A stretch of 64,000 nucleotides of DNA from NCBI GenBank assembly GCA_015680685.1, contig MNCI01000673.1, forward strand, positions 1-64,000, written 5' to 3'. Source of the stretch: Gnetum montanum. Lineage: Eukaryota; Plantae; Gnetophyta. Each line of letters opens with the position of its first letter. Position 1 is the stretch's first letter. Below the pieces are notes generated by a model. The model was not told where the DNA came from. It searched no databases and saw nothing but the letters and a program-made list of their open reading frames with translations. Both the position numbers and the translations under genes were made by a program. Below, in pieces: positions 14,421 to 26,510 of the stretch.

Positions 14421-15746
14421 ATGATGTTTATAATGTCTCTTATGGTTATGGTAAATGTCACATTGTTGAAACTAGTAGAACTTTTTCTATTAGATTTAAA
14501 GAGCACATAAAGATATACAATATAATATATACACAAAATTATAACTTCTCTAAAAATCATAAATAGTTAATGGATAATACTAAAGTTTTGTGTGTAATTA
14601 TACAAAGAATTAGAGAAGATAATTCATTCTAAAAATATTAATTAAGATCATTGTTATTTTACCTAATTAGCTTAGTGGTCTATTTTAATAAAAATTAAGT
14701 AATCTAAAATCTTCTTAAAAATCCTAAATTTAAAACTTTTACTCTCCTTTTTAATAATTTTAAATGTTAGTATATTCTATCTTTATTTACAAGCTCATTA
14801 CCTTATATGTTAGAAGTTGTGAGTTCAACTATGATTGAAAAATCACTATTTTTTGCCTTAAACATTTTATTTTACTTTCTTTTTGGTTTCTCTTTTTTTT
14901 TATTTAGTTAATTTCATTTGGTTTTTATCTAGTTTATATCTTTTTGAGTTTCTTTTATTTTTTTAATAATAGTTTTACTTTCCCTAAACTAGATGTTATA
15001 TCTTTCAAAATTAATTTTTTCTATTTCCTTAATTTTCCAGGCTATTTTTATTGTGCTAAAGCTCATAATTACATGTTGCATCTCAATTAGTTGTTAATGG
15101 TAATGTTCATTATTCTCTAGTCTAATTTGAAACATCTTTAAAATTAATAATATGCAACCTATGAATTGTACAACCAACATTATTTTTGAAATTTATTTTA
15201 TATGTTATTTAAAAAATAATTCTGCCTCACCTACATAGTCAAATAAAAGAAAAAGAAAAAGATGTAATTTCAAAGATACTTAGTTGTTATAATGATAATA
15301 CAATGATAATGAAAAATGTAATATGTATAAATTACTACAACATGTATAAATTTTTTATATGTTTGAAATTATATAAGTTTATTAGTTCCTAGCTACTTTG
15401 TTTTGCTTTTCCTTTTTTGTCTAATTTTTATGTCACATTTCAAATATTTACTAATTTGTTTCATAGTTAAAATATCTATAGAAACAATTTTATAAACCTC
15501 TTATAGTACATCCAATTTTCAAAATTTTCTAAGCCTACTTCCCTAAGTATTTTGCAAATAACTCTGCATGTCATGTATAAAAAGTATAAATAAGATTAAA
15601 CACCATTTATAAAAAAGGATAAAAGGATATGGATGCATGTCTTTGCTAATCTTATTAATAAAAATTATAATTTTTTTATAATAACACAAAAGAAAATTTT
15701 AATAAAATTTCTCATAATTATTATTATAAAATTTTAATTTATTTGT

Positions 15747-16170
15747 ATCATCATCATCCTTGTTCCAACAAAATGGGGTCTACTACATAAGTTTTTTTTT
15801 AGTTGTTTACCTTTATGATGAGGTAGATCTTTATTTATTTGTAGTTTCTTGAATTATCTTCAAGCTTTCCCATGTCATTTTTTGTCTTCCTCTCAATGGC
15901 TTTCCTACTGATGTAGTAAGCTTTTCTCATAGGCTTATTGTCTCATCTTCTTTGCACGTGTCTAACCCATTTATGCTGTCACTCATGTAACTTATCTAAA
16001 ATTCAAATCACTCCAAGTCTTCCTCCAATGTCTATGTTATATAGTTTATCTCTTCTAGTAATATTTAGCATCCATTTAAGCATTCATAGATTTATTGTTA
16101 ATTTATTTGTATATGATTCTAAGATACCTTATAACTTTTATTTTCTTAGCTTTAATTGTCATCATTTATA
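15747..16170 (-). mobile_element. RTE-clade LINE 3' fragment
   Basis: - strand encodes MLKWMLNITREDKL, WVRHVQRR, RGRQKMTW; ends in GTAGTAGACCCCATTTTGTTGG..(GAT)n, like the plant RTE tail. Confidence 0.8.
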
Positions 16171-17088
16171 TTGTACTAATATATACATATAATCATATAC
16201 ATTAAAAATTTATATGCAGTTGTAAATTAATGTATGATATCTTTTCAAAGGTTTAATATGATAGCACAACAATGAAATATTATAGGTTAAATGATTCTAA
16301 AAAATTAGTAGGAAAAGATTTCACCTTATGTACTAATTGGGCAGGACTTGTTTTCAATATATGGCCAAAGTATAGATATGTATTATAAATATATAGTTAA
16401 ATTAGTTTTAATCATATAGATTAAAATTATGCATTTTTTCATCATAAAAGCTCACATGTAGCTTTATATATTGTTAGCCTTATCAAATTTTCAATAACAT
16501 GTGCCTTTTAAAGTTCAAATCTAGTGCAAAATTAAATATTGGATAGAAATTTATCATAAATAGAATTTTGATTGTTAATTCCATTGTCATTTTCCTAGTA
16601 TATTGTTAATTCCATTGCCATTTTCCTCGTATTATCCCAACAAATGGGTTTGCTATTTTAACTTATAATTTATTTTTTAATATAAAAAAGGCTTTCTTTA
16701 GGAAATATTTATAGCGTTTAAAATATTTAAAATTTCTTTTCTTCTTCTTTGCATAAATGCAGTCCATGTATTTTTCTTTTTGCCCTTTCCTCACCAAGTT
16801 TTAAAATTTTATATCTCTTTTTATATTTTTTAAAATTTATTTTTAATATTTATTATTTATTTTGAAAATAAAAAACTCTGTGGAAACGTCGTAGTTACCT
16901 AGAATTTGATAATATGAAAAATTTTATTCATTAATATATATGCAATCTTAGTATTAAAAATAATTTTAAAATTTACCTTTCTTAATGAAACTTTAAAGAA
17001 AGGCATTAAAACGGCTCAGATGATAAACTTGGAGATAGGATTGTTTTGTTGGGAATGCAACTCAGACCGAAACGTGATGAAGAATAGT

Positions 17089-17214
17089 TTGGATAAATTT
17101 GGATGAATTTGTTGTAGACGGTGATTTGTGAAATATGGATAAATTTGTAGACGGTGATTACCCAAGATGATAGAATATGGATAAATTTGTTGTAGACGGT
17201 GATTGGTTAAATAT
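17089..17214 (+). repeat. Three copies of GGATAAATTTG(TTG)TAGACGGTGATT with short variable linkers
   Basis: Seen directly at ~17101, ~17137, ~17179. Confidence 0.8.
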
Positions 17215-18633
17215 ACTCCAGGTTTACACTGCAATTCGGATAATTCAAACATTTTGAAAACGTCTTGAAAGGAAAAACAATAATGATAGCTAGTGCATAA
17301 TTTATCATGGGATACTGCTGCACCGTATCCTACAAAAGTTCTCACATGTTTTGGGACCGGTCCCAAAACGTCCTGAACCTACAATTCGTCATGGAAATAC
17401 GTCCCTACATAACAGTGTAGGACCTTTTATACCGTGAAAGGTCTACTGTCTAGTAATTCTTCTGAGGTTTTTACTCCTTGCCTCAAATAAAGCTGTAATA
17501 TTTAATTTTTAAATTAATTTCTCACCTAGAGCAGAAAACTTTTAAGCTTCACATATCTTGAGTACATAATTAACCTTTCTTAGAAAATTAATAAAACCCA
17601 TTTTTTGAATCAGTATTTGTTTTTCCGTGTTGGACCCGTGTTTGAAAACGTCCCTGAACTGAGTTCTAAATTAGTCTGCAGAAGCTTTGGCTGGTTGTGA
17701 AAAAGAAAGACAGATCCCAACAAATGGCAGCGCTTAATGGTACGAAAGATTGTTTTAATTTGCATGGGAAAACACATGGAGATCTCTGCATGCCTCGCCT
17801 CCCCTCCGATTGTATAACGACGAAAAGAGCAACACAGACTGTGTCTGCAGTGAGTGAGTGTGAATTGTACAAATTTAGGCGTCAAAACAAAACAGAATCC
17901 AGGGCGTCTCATCTCAACTATACATGCACGGGTATGTTTCCAGCATGTCAAGCCCATTTCAGTATGAGATAGCACCGCCTTCTTGTGGATGCTTTAATTT
18001 ACATAATTTTGGACTGTCATTGCTATCTTTAGAAAGAGGAAAAACAAGAAAAACAAGTTTCTGGAATCTCACGGGACCAATTTAAATTGAAACTTGAATA
18101 TATGAACAAGGTTTAGTGATTACACACTCAAATATGCCTTAACTTAAATGGTATTATGCTACTCTTTCTGAAGTTAAATGTTGAGTTGTTTTGTTGGTTG
18201 GATTGTTTAAGAGTTCCAGGTTATTATTGGGGCAGACAAGCAGTTCTGAGCTAATTGTGGTTTCCGTTCAACGATTTTGACAGAATTTGAAAATTCTGAG
18301 TCTCCTATGCTAAGGCAGAAATATTTGATATTTCATGCCAAATCACCATTAATATATGGGGTGTGGGTTTTTATCTTTGTCAAAAGTGAAGACTCTGAGG
18401 CAAACTCGGCTGAATGCATGCAATTATCTGGTTGCCGATGTTGTTTTCTGGATGCAGCGAAAGGCACTGAGAAGGAGGGGGAGTCAATGCCTTACAAAAA
18501 AAATATCTACTAAAAATGGAGATTGGCAGAAGACCAGCAAAAGCCCCAAATAGCTTTAATACAGAAAACAGAGTATAAACGCAAAAAAGAGTAAACACAC
18601 ACCAAGCTTTTAAGGTGGTCCAGCAGATAGATT

Positions 18634-19543
18634 TGTTGGCCTACATTCACCATAAAACTCTCTGCAGATCCTACGGGGTAGAATAAATAATTTTATTAAT
18701 CAAAAGATGGACTGAGTAATAATTACCGGGTAGAATAATTTTATTAATCAAAAGATGGACTGAGTAATAACCACCAGGTAGAATAATTTTATTAATCAAA
18801 AGGTATTTACAAGGCTTCTTTCATAAATATGGACCGAGTATAACCACCAAGTTCAAAGTCATCCAAATCTGATTTTACAATACACAGAGAAAGAGGAAAA
18901 AACTCTGTCTTGTCTCAATCACAAAGGCTCCAGAGTTTTCAAGCTTTCTGAGTAAAAGAAAACAGAGCTTTTACGGAAGAAATAGAGAGAAGAGGCTCCA
19001 GAATTTTCAATCTTTCTGAGTAAAAGAAAACAGAGCTTTTACGGAAGAAATAGAGAGAAGAGAAAGACATTCTAGTCCAAGCCCTAAGGCCAGAAAACTA
19101 GAATTACTAAGCCAAGCCCAACAGCTTCACTTTGTAGCCTTCATCCCTCTTACCTGTTTCCATAGCCATTCTTCCAGCCATTATCCATTATCAATCTCCT
19201 AAAGAAGCACATGAGGAAGTAAGCTATAACCTTTACCAGTCCATTAATGAGTAGCTGAAGAAGAAGCCATACGCATTGCATTACATCTGAGCTTCCATTA
19301 CTGCATTTGGTATGAGCTTTAGATGAGCATTAACAACTTGGCAAATGAAGAAATCTGTCATTTCATCTCCGCGCACTAACAGCTCCTTTAACAACTTAGC
19401 AAATGAAGCACTAACAGCTCCTTTAACAACTTAGCAAATGAAGAAGAAATATGTCATTTCATCTTGGCACTAACAGCTAGTTCCTGCAGAAAAACGAGCT
19501 TTGCTATTATTAGAGATAATGGCTCTTTTAACTTCAACCAACA
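18634..19543. mobile_element. Solo-LTR-like unit with internal tandem duplications
   Basis: TGTTGG...CCAACA inverted ends; ~49-bp x3, ~67-bp x2 and ~36-60-bp duplications inside; no matching TSD. Confidence 0.45.
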
Positions 19544-19754
19544 ACCCAACCCCTATTTACATTAATGGGTTCAACTCACTTTTATAGTAGTACTAACTTT
19601 TAGTTAACTTTTTGAGTATAAGCTTAGAATGCCTCCTTTTATTTTGTAGACATGGCGTGGTCCATTTTGTGTAGCTTGCATAGATCTGATTCAAGGTTCT
19701 AAAAATTGGTTCTAGTTATTCTTTCATTCAATTTGGCATGGAAATGAGAAAATA

Positions 19755-19886
19755 TAAATCTTTTTAATCTTTAAAGCTTTCCTATTTTTGAAAATAAGCT
19801 TCGTTGTGCATGATACAAGATAAATCTTTTTTATCCTTATAGCTTTCCTATTTTTGAAAATAAGCTTCATTGTGCATGACACAAGA
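19755..19886. repeat. ~66-bp tandem duplication
   Basis: ATAAATCTTTTT..AGCTTTCCTATTTTTGAAAATAAGCTTC.TTGTGCATGA.ACAAGA twice. Confidence 0.85.
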
Positions 19887-20480
19887 GCTAACGTGGTAGC
19901 AATTTGAGTAAGCCCTTGTAGAATAGGAAAATGGCTCTACAAACTAATTCTATCTTACACCTTTTTATCATGCTAATATAGTAGAGCAAATCAAGTAGGC
20001 CCTTGTAGAACAAAACTTCGCTTTTGAAGCTAGTTCTATTTAGTGCTTTATCATTAAGTTGATGTGGTAGAGTTATTTAGGTAAACTTTGTAGAATCAAA
20101 AAATGGTTCCAAAAATCAATTCTACTTGCTAATATGGTAGGGTGCTTAGTAAGACCAAAAATTAGGTTAGAAGCTTTTTTGTAAAGGGATAAATATTTAG
20201 ATTGAGAATTTTTGTCTAAGCTTGCATGTATAAAGGAAATGCTAATGTGGTAAAGATAATTAACAAGCCCTTGTAGACTATAAAAATGGCTCTACAAGCT
20301 ATTTCTACTTAGCATTTTTTTTCTCTTAGGCTAATGTAGAAAAGCTAACTGATTGAGCCCTTCATAGAGCAAAAATTGCCTATTCAAGTTAGTCATATTT
20401 TAGCACTTTTCATTTTAGGCTAACATGGTAGAGCTAATTCTTGTTCTTCTTATAGAACAAAAAAATGGTTCTACAAAATG
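19886..20480. repeat. Degenerate ~85-90-bp tandem array (about 7 units; one more unit at ~26558-26640)
   Basis: Recurring GCTAA.GTGGTAGAG....AAGCCCTTGTAGAA..AAAAATGG.TCTACAA. Confidence 0.75.
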
Positions 20481-23400
20481 GCTAATAATTACATGATCCC
20501 TTAACATGTACGGCAAGTTAGGAGTGGATGTTTATCATCCATAGGCTAGAATAGGTTCTTTACTCTCATTTCACTTAGACTTAGGATTACACTAACACAT
20601 TTACACCATGTTTACACTTAGTCTTAATTTGAGCCAAGAACATCAACATATCATATACCATAACAAAAGTTGAACTATATAGCTTGAGCTTTACTAACTG
20701 AACATAAAAGGATAACAATTATGAAGTGAACATCAACTACTAGTAAATATACAGTGGTCATTCACATATACAATCAGGTTGCATAGGTACACTCATGAAT
20801 TTTATAGTAGAGTGTTAGAATACCCAACCCTCATCATTGGTGTCATTGACATGGATGTGTTAATATTTGCTAAGTAGTTGATCTTACGAAGTTCATTATG
20901 TGAAAAATCATCAAGTATATCTTTTACATTTAACCTAATTTTTTTAAAGTACATAATTAAAGCATGAAATATTTAATATGACTTCTACAATTAAGGAGAA
21001 ATCACCACCTACTACTAAAGTTAATAAGATTTATGATAGGGAATATAATAAAGAAGACTGGAATGCACCAATGCAAACTAGAATCTCTGACATTCACAGT
21101 GATTCATACTATCCTAACTTCACATTTTTCTTTTACTAGGATGAACAACTAAGATGGAAAGATTTACAAGGAAAAATTATCTTGCCTCTAAAATTTTCTA
21201 CACTTTCAATGCGTCAAGTAACCCTTATGAGGTCAAAATTTAGCCACATGCAAAAAGGTTACCATATCATCAAGTACATGACTACACCATATTGACTAAT
21301 AGTGGCTCAGGTAAGAAGGAATGTTTCTAGGGAAACAAGACATGAGCTTGATAAGGGAAAGAAAGTACCTCAAATAGTTTTCCTATAGAAAAAAGATGAA
21401 GCTATGCTTCAAATGAAGTAATTCTAACAAACCCATGGATCTCAATCTCAAACACCAATAATCTATATTGAAAATCCCATCAAAATACAATTACATTCAT
21501 ATCTTGCAGAAACATTTAGAGAAGATAAGGAGGACTCTAGACTTAAGAATAACTCAAGGCCTCAAGCCTCCACTGAATCAAAAAGGGATGAATGAAGGTG
21601 CCATAGAAGGAAAACTAGCTAGTACCATTCTTTAACTCCTTCCTCTTTCTCCTCACACTTATCTATAGATTCTATCAAGAGAGAAAGAAGAATGAGGGAT
21701 CATGATGGGGACAGAAAAATGGATCATGAGAGATATGTACATTGAAAAAGACATCCTAATAAAGAAGAGAATAATTATGAATAAAAAAGAAAAAGGATCA
21801 AACATTAAGAGAGAAAGCATCATGAGCATCAAAGGGATCATAACTACAACAAAACTTACGAACCCGGAGACTACAAAGAACCTATACTAGCAACTCAAAA
21901 CATGATTAACATTAAGGAAGCAATGTATATTCCTACTAGGCATGTAAGGTATAGTTACACTAAGTGAGTAGATATGAATAACATTCTTAAATTTGAAGGT
22001 AGATATAATGTAGATCTGGAGAACCATATTTAAGCCTTCCACAATGCCTATGCCCTATAAAATATTAAGAATAATTGGTAGAAATTGAAGTTTTTTTCTA
22101 GAACACTCATAAAGGAAGCAAAAAGTAGGTACAAATTCCTAGAACTAGAATTGATTCAAAGATGGAGCACCATGCTAGAGCTCTTTAATGACAAATATCA
22201 AACTTATGCTAGAGTGTATAATTTGAGAAAAGAGATTTAAGGATGGAAATAAGAGACACATAAATCCCTTGATCTAGTAATGGAAAGATACTATTCACTA
22301 TGACATAGGTGCCAAAGCCATATATTTTTTCAAGGATAACAACTATGACAATTCATCGATGGGCCATGAGATAAGACAAAAGAAAACCTTAGGGTATATG
22401 CATAAGGCAAGTTATCCAATATGATAGCTCATTGTATTCAAAGACTCATTCATCAAGTGAAAAGAAAGAAGAAGAGTTAAGAAAAAGACAAAACTTTGGA
22501 AGATACGATCTAATGGAAGACTCTACCAATCATAGAGTAGTTAATGACATTGCAACCAACTTAGAGAAAATGTGGGATTTTGTGGATGAGAAATTTGCTA
22601 CTGCATTAAAGATATTAGAGGAAAAGACTAAACAAGCCCTNCCAACTAGCAACTAGTTCCTCACTTCAAACTTCTAACAACTTATTACTAGTACCACCAC
22701 CTGTTATGCAAGGAGAGTTACCAGTAAACCACAATACAAGAGTGCTAATATGGTAATAACTACACAAGAGGAGGTAATATCAAGTCAACCAAAAGTTAGG
22801 AGATGTCCTTTTTTCATAGCAAGTCTAGAAAAGGTTTGAAGGATGGGAACTTCATCTAACCCTACGTCATTCACACATGCTCCTCTAAGAAATACTATGC
22901 TTCAAGTTACTACAAACAAGAACATCACAACTATCATGCTCACTTAGACAATAAAACATTGAATTAAAGTTGAAGCACTTCCCAAGAAGAGAAAAAATCC
23001 AAGGAGCCCCTTAGTTTACCTACAAGTAGAAGGACATAAACCATGCAAGGTTCTCTTAGACTTTGGATCAAGAATAAACCTCATTTCATAAGACATGTAT
23101 AAGGTCTAAAACCTTTCCACATCAAATAAGAGTAATATTTGAATATAGCATGTAGACTAGTCAATCATTGTTCCACTTAGACAAGTGGAAGATGTAATCA
23201 CTAATATAAGTGGCTAGTCCTATCCTGTTGACATTGTAGTCATACATGTGGGAAAGAACAAAGAGGAATTCATAATAATCATGGGAAGATCATGTCTTAG
23301 CATTGTTAATGTTAAGCTTGGAATTAGAGAGTTGTCCTTAGAAATCTCCAAGGAAGATGAACCAAAATCACTCAAAAACATAGACTTCCATGTATCACAT

Positions 23401-26400
23401 ATAATGATAATAGGTATAATTGTGTATAAAAGATTTGGATCATAAAACATGATGCCATCATAGTATGCAATAGATATATATAAGGCGTGTGTACAAAAGT
23501 ACCTATATGTAGCATCCACTTGATAAGAAGGTACCCAATGGCTAATCATTAAAAAAGAAGTAGAATCTAATATATGCATGGAACCATTAAACAAAATTAC
23601 AAATGCATATGTCAAAGAAATTTAAAAACTAGAATAGTTAAAAAGATAATCTCCTTATTTAAAATCACATTAGGAGAAAGATATTGAATGGGGATAATTA
23701 GAGATACAAGAGAAATACAAACCAAAACCCTTAGAACGAAATGTCCTACTAGATGTGCTTGAGTATGCTTTCCTAAATAGTAAAAAACTAGTAATCATAA
23801 ATGCCAAACTTGATAAAGAGGAAAAGATAAAGCTACTAGGAGTGGTGAATAAATTATTGACTACATTTGCATGGTCCTATGACAAAATCAATGGTATTGA
23901 TCCATGCATTGATCAATACCAAATATATACAAACCCAGCTAGTAAACCACATCACCAACATCAAAGAAGGTTTAACCCTAAACTTAAGAAAGTTAATAAA
24001 CAAAAGTTCAAAATATATATTAAATGTTATGATCATCTATTGCATAGTAAATAGTGAAAAGATTAGTTCATTGGTCATTTTTCTAAAGAAAGATGAAAAA
24101 TGAAGTATCTGCATTAATTTTTTATTATTGAACATGGAAACATTCAAGAAGTATTTTCCTCTATCATTTGTTTCCTAAGTCCTAGACACTATCATAGGAC
24201 ACTAGTATTATAGTTTCTTGGATGCATACAATGGGTACAATCAAATCCACATTGGACTAGAAGATCAAGAGAAGACCACATTTACCACATCATGGAGGAT
24301 GTTTCTATGTAAGAAAATGTTCTTTGGCTTGTGTAATGTCCTTTTTACCTTCCAAAGACTTGTACTAAGCATCTTCCAAAAGCAAATTGGCAATGGAATT
24401 GAAGTCTTTATGAATGATTTCTCCACATATGGGCTAGATTTTAAACAAGCCTTAGTTCCTTTGGAGCAAGTATTAAAAATATGTGTGGAAACTAAGCTAA
24501 AGCTCAATTGGTGGAAAAGCCACTTAATGATTTAAGAGGACATAGTATTGGATCAAAAAGTATATGAAAAAGGAATAGAGGTAGATCTAGAAAATATTAG
24601 TCATTCAAAATATCACTTATAGGACACAAACTATCAAAGATGTTAGATCATTTCTTGGCCATATAGGATACTATAGGAGATTTGTTAAAAATTTATCAAA
24701 GATTTCCAAATCACTAGTGAAACTAACTAAGAAAGATGTGTCATTTTAATGGATAGAATAATGTTAGAAAGCATTTGAAATATTGAAACAAAAATTAATA
24801 GAGACACTAATTCTTCGAGCTTCAAATTGTTTGAAGCCTTTTCACATTATGACAAATGCTTCATACGATGCACTAGTAGTAGTACTAACTCAACTAGATG
24901 AAGAGAAATGATCCTATTATATCTATTATTCTAGTCAAAGCATCACAAGGGCACAACTCAATCACACAACCACATAAAAGGAGCATATAGATGTGGTGTA
25001 TGCACTTGAGTAATTTAGACACTATGTGCTTCATTATCCTATCTATGTCCATACTAATCATAGTTCTATCAGGTTCTTAATTGAAAAACGAAGATTCAAT
25101 CCAAGAGTGATAAGATAGCTCATTCTCTTTCAAGAATTTGACATTATCATGATTGACAAGAAAGGAACCAAAAATATTGTAGTAGATCATTTTTCAAGGC
25201 TTAGATGGGAACTTCAAAAAAATGATGAACCAATATTTGACTAATTTTTTGATAAAAACTTATTCACCAAGACCATAATGGTTGTAGACTCAACAGAGAA
25301 GTCATGGATGAATGGTTACATAACATATCTTACCAAACAAGAACTTCTTATTGAATGGGATAGAAAACATAAGAAACAATTCCTCCACCGAGTAAAAATG
25401 TATATGGAAATTAATGAAAACCTTTATAATATATGTGCTAATAGGTTGATATGATGATGTGTTCTAAAAGAAAGTCAATAGAAATTCCTACAAGTTGTAC
25501 ATGAAGGACCATGTGGTGGTCACTACGTAGGATGAAGGACAATACTGAAACTAATGATGGCAAGCTACTTTTGGCTATTTAGGGATATACATCATTTTTC
25601 ATAGTCTTGTAAAAGATAGCAAAGAGATGAAAGGTTGATAGCTAGAAATGAAGGATCATAATAGTGAATACAAACATTGGAATCCTTCAACATTTGAAGA
25701 ATTGACTTTGTGGACCCCATCATGTTGATGTCAAATGGAAAGTACTACATCATAGTAACTATTGATTATTAAACAAAGTTGATAGAAACAACTACAGTCA
25801 AAGATTGTATAACCATAACAACTACCAAATTCTTTCAACAACATGAATAAATTCAAAGTATTATGCATGCTCATATCAAATAATGGGACTTAATTCACAA
25901 CAACCATATTTAAGAAGCTAATGCAACAACTTCGAGTTAGTCATTAACTAACTACTCCATATCACCCCCAAGAAAATGGTCAAGTAAAAGTAACTAATAG
26001 AGAAATCAGAAGAACACTAACTAGAACCATTAGTCATTATAGAAAGGATTAGAGAACTAAACATAATGATGTTCTCTCAGCATATAGATCAACCTTGAAA
26101 ATTTCTATAGGGTATTCACTATATGAGTTAGTTTATGATAAACTACCTACCTTGCCAATCCAAGTAGAATTAAATACCCTTTCCACTACTAGTGTTCTTG
26201 TTCTAAACTTAAGCTTACCTAAAAAACAATGCGTAATGAAGCTCAATCTCTTAGATGAAAGTCAATTAGTAGTTCAAATGAGTAATGAAGTCCACAAAAT
26301 GTACTCTAAATATAGACATAATGCTAAAATAAGACAAGTAACTATCAAGCCTAGTGATAGAGTCCTTTACTATAATTCCAATCACATTCCACAAAAGGCT

Positions 26401-26510
26401 AAGTTTCAAAATTTATTAGAGGGATCTTATATCATCCATGCTACATACCAGTCTGATACCATGTAACTCTATCATCCAAGAAGCACACAAAAACTGATTT
26501 TATCAATAAG
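20478..26510 (+). mobile_element. Truncated Athila-type Ty3/gypsy element C (partial 5' LTR to 20836, PBS 20837-20855, gag-PR-RT-RH-INT, no 3' LTR)
   Basis: CATCA|TTGGTGTCATTGACATGGA PBS; KVLLDFGSRINL protease; DAYNGYNQI..DQEKTTFTT..FGLCN..VFMNDF RT; HEGPCGGHY; YHPQENGQVKVTNREI; many stops. Confidence 0.9.

Noticed and set aside
17089-17214. Mini CRISPR-like repeat/spacer
   Set aside because: Three copies with 10-20-bp related linkers; ordinary slippage duplication.
17610-18598. Overlapping 65-121-aa ORFs as host genes
   Set aside because: No recognisable domain; overlapping in multiple frames and both strands.
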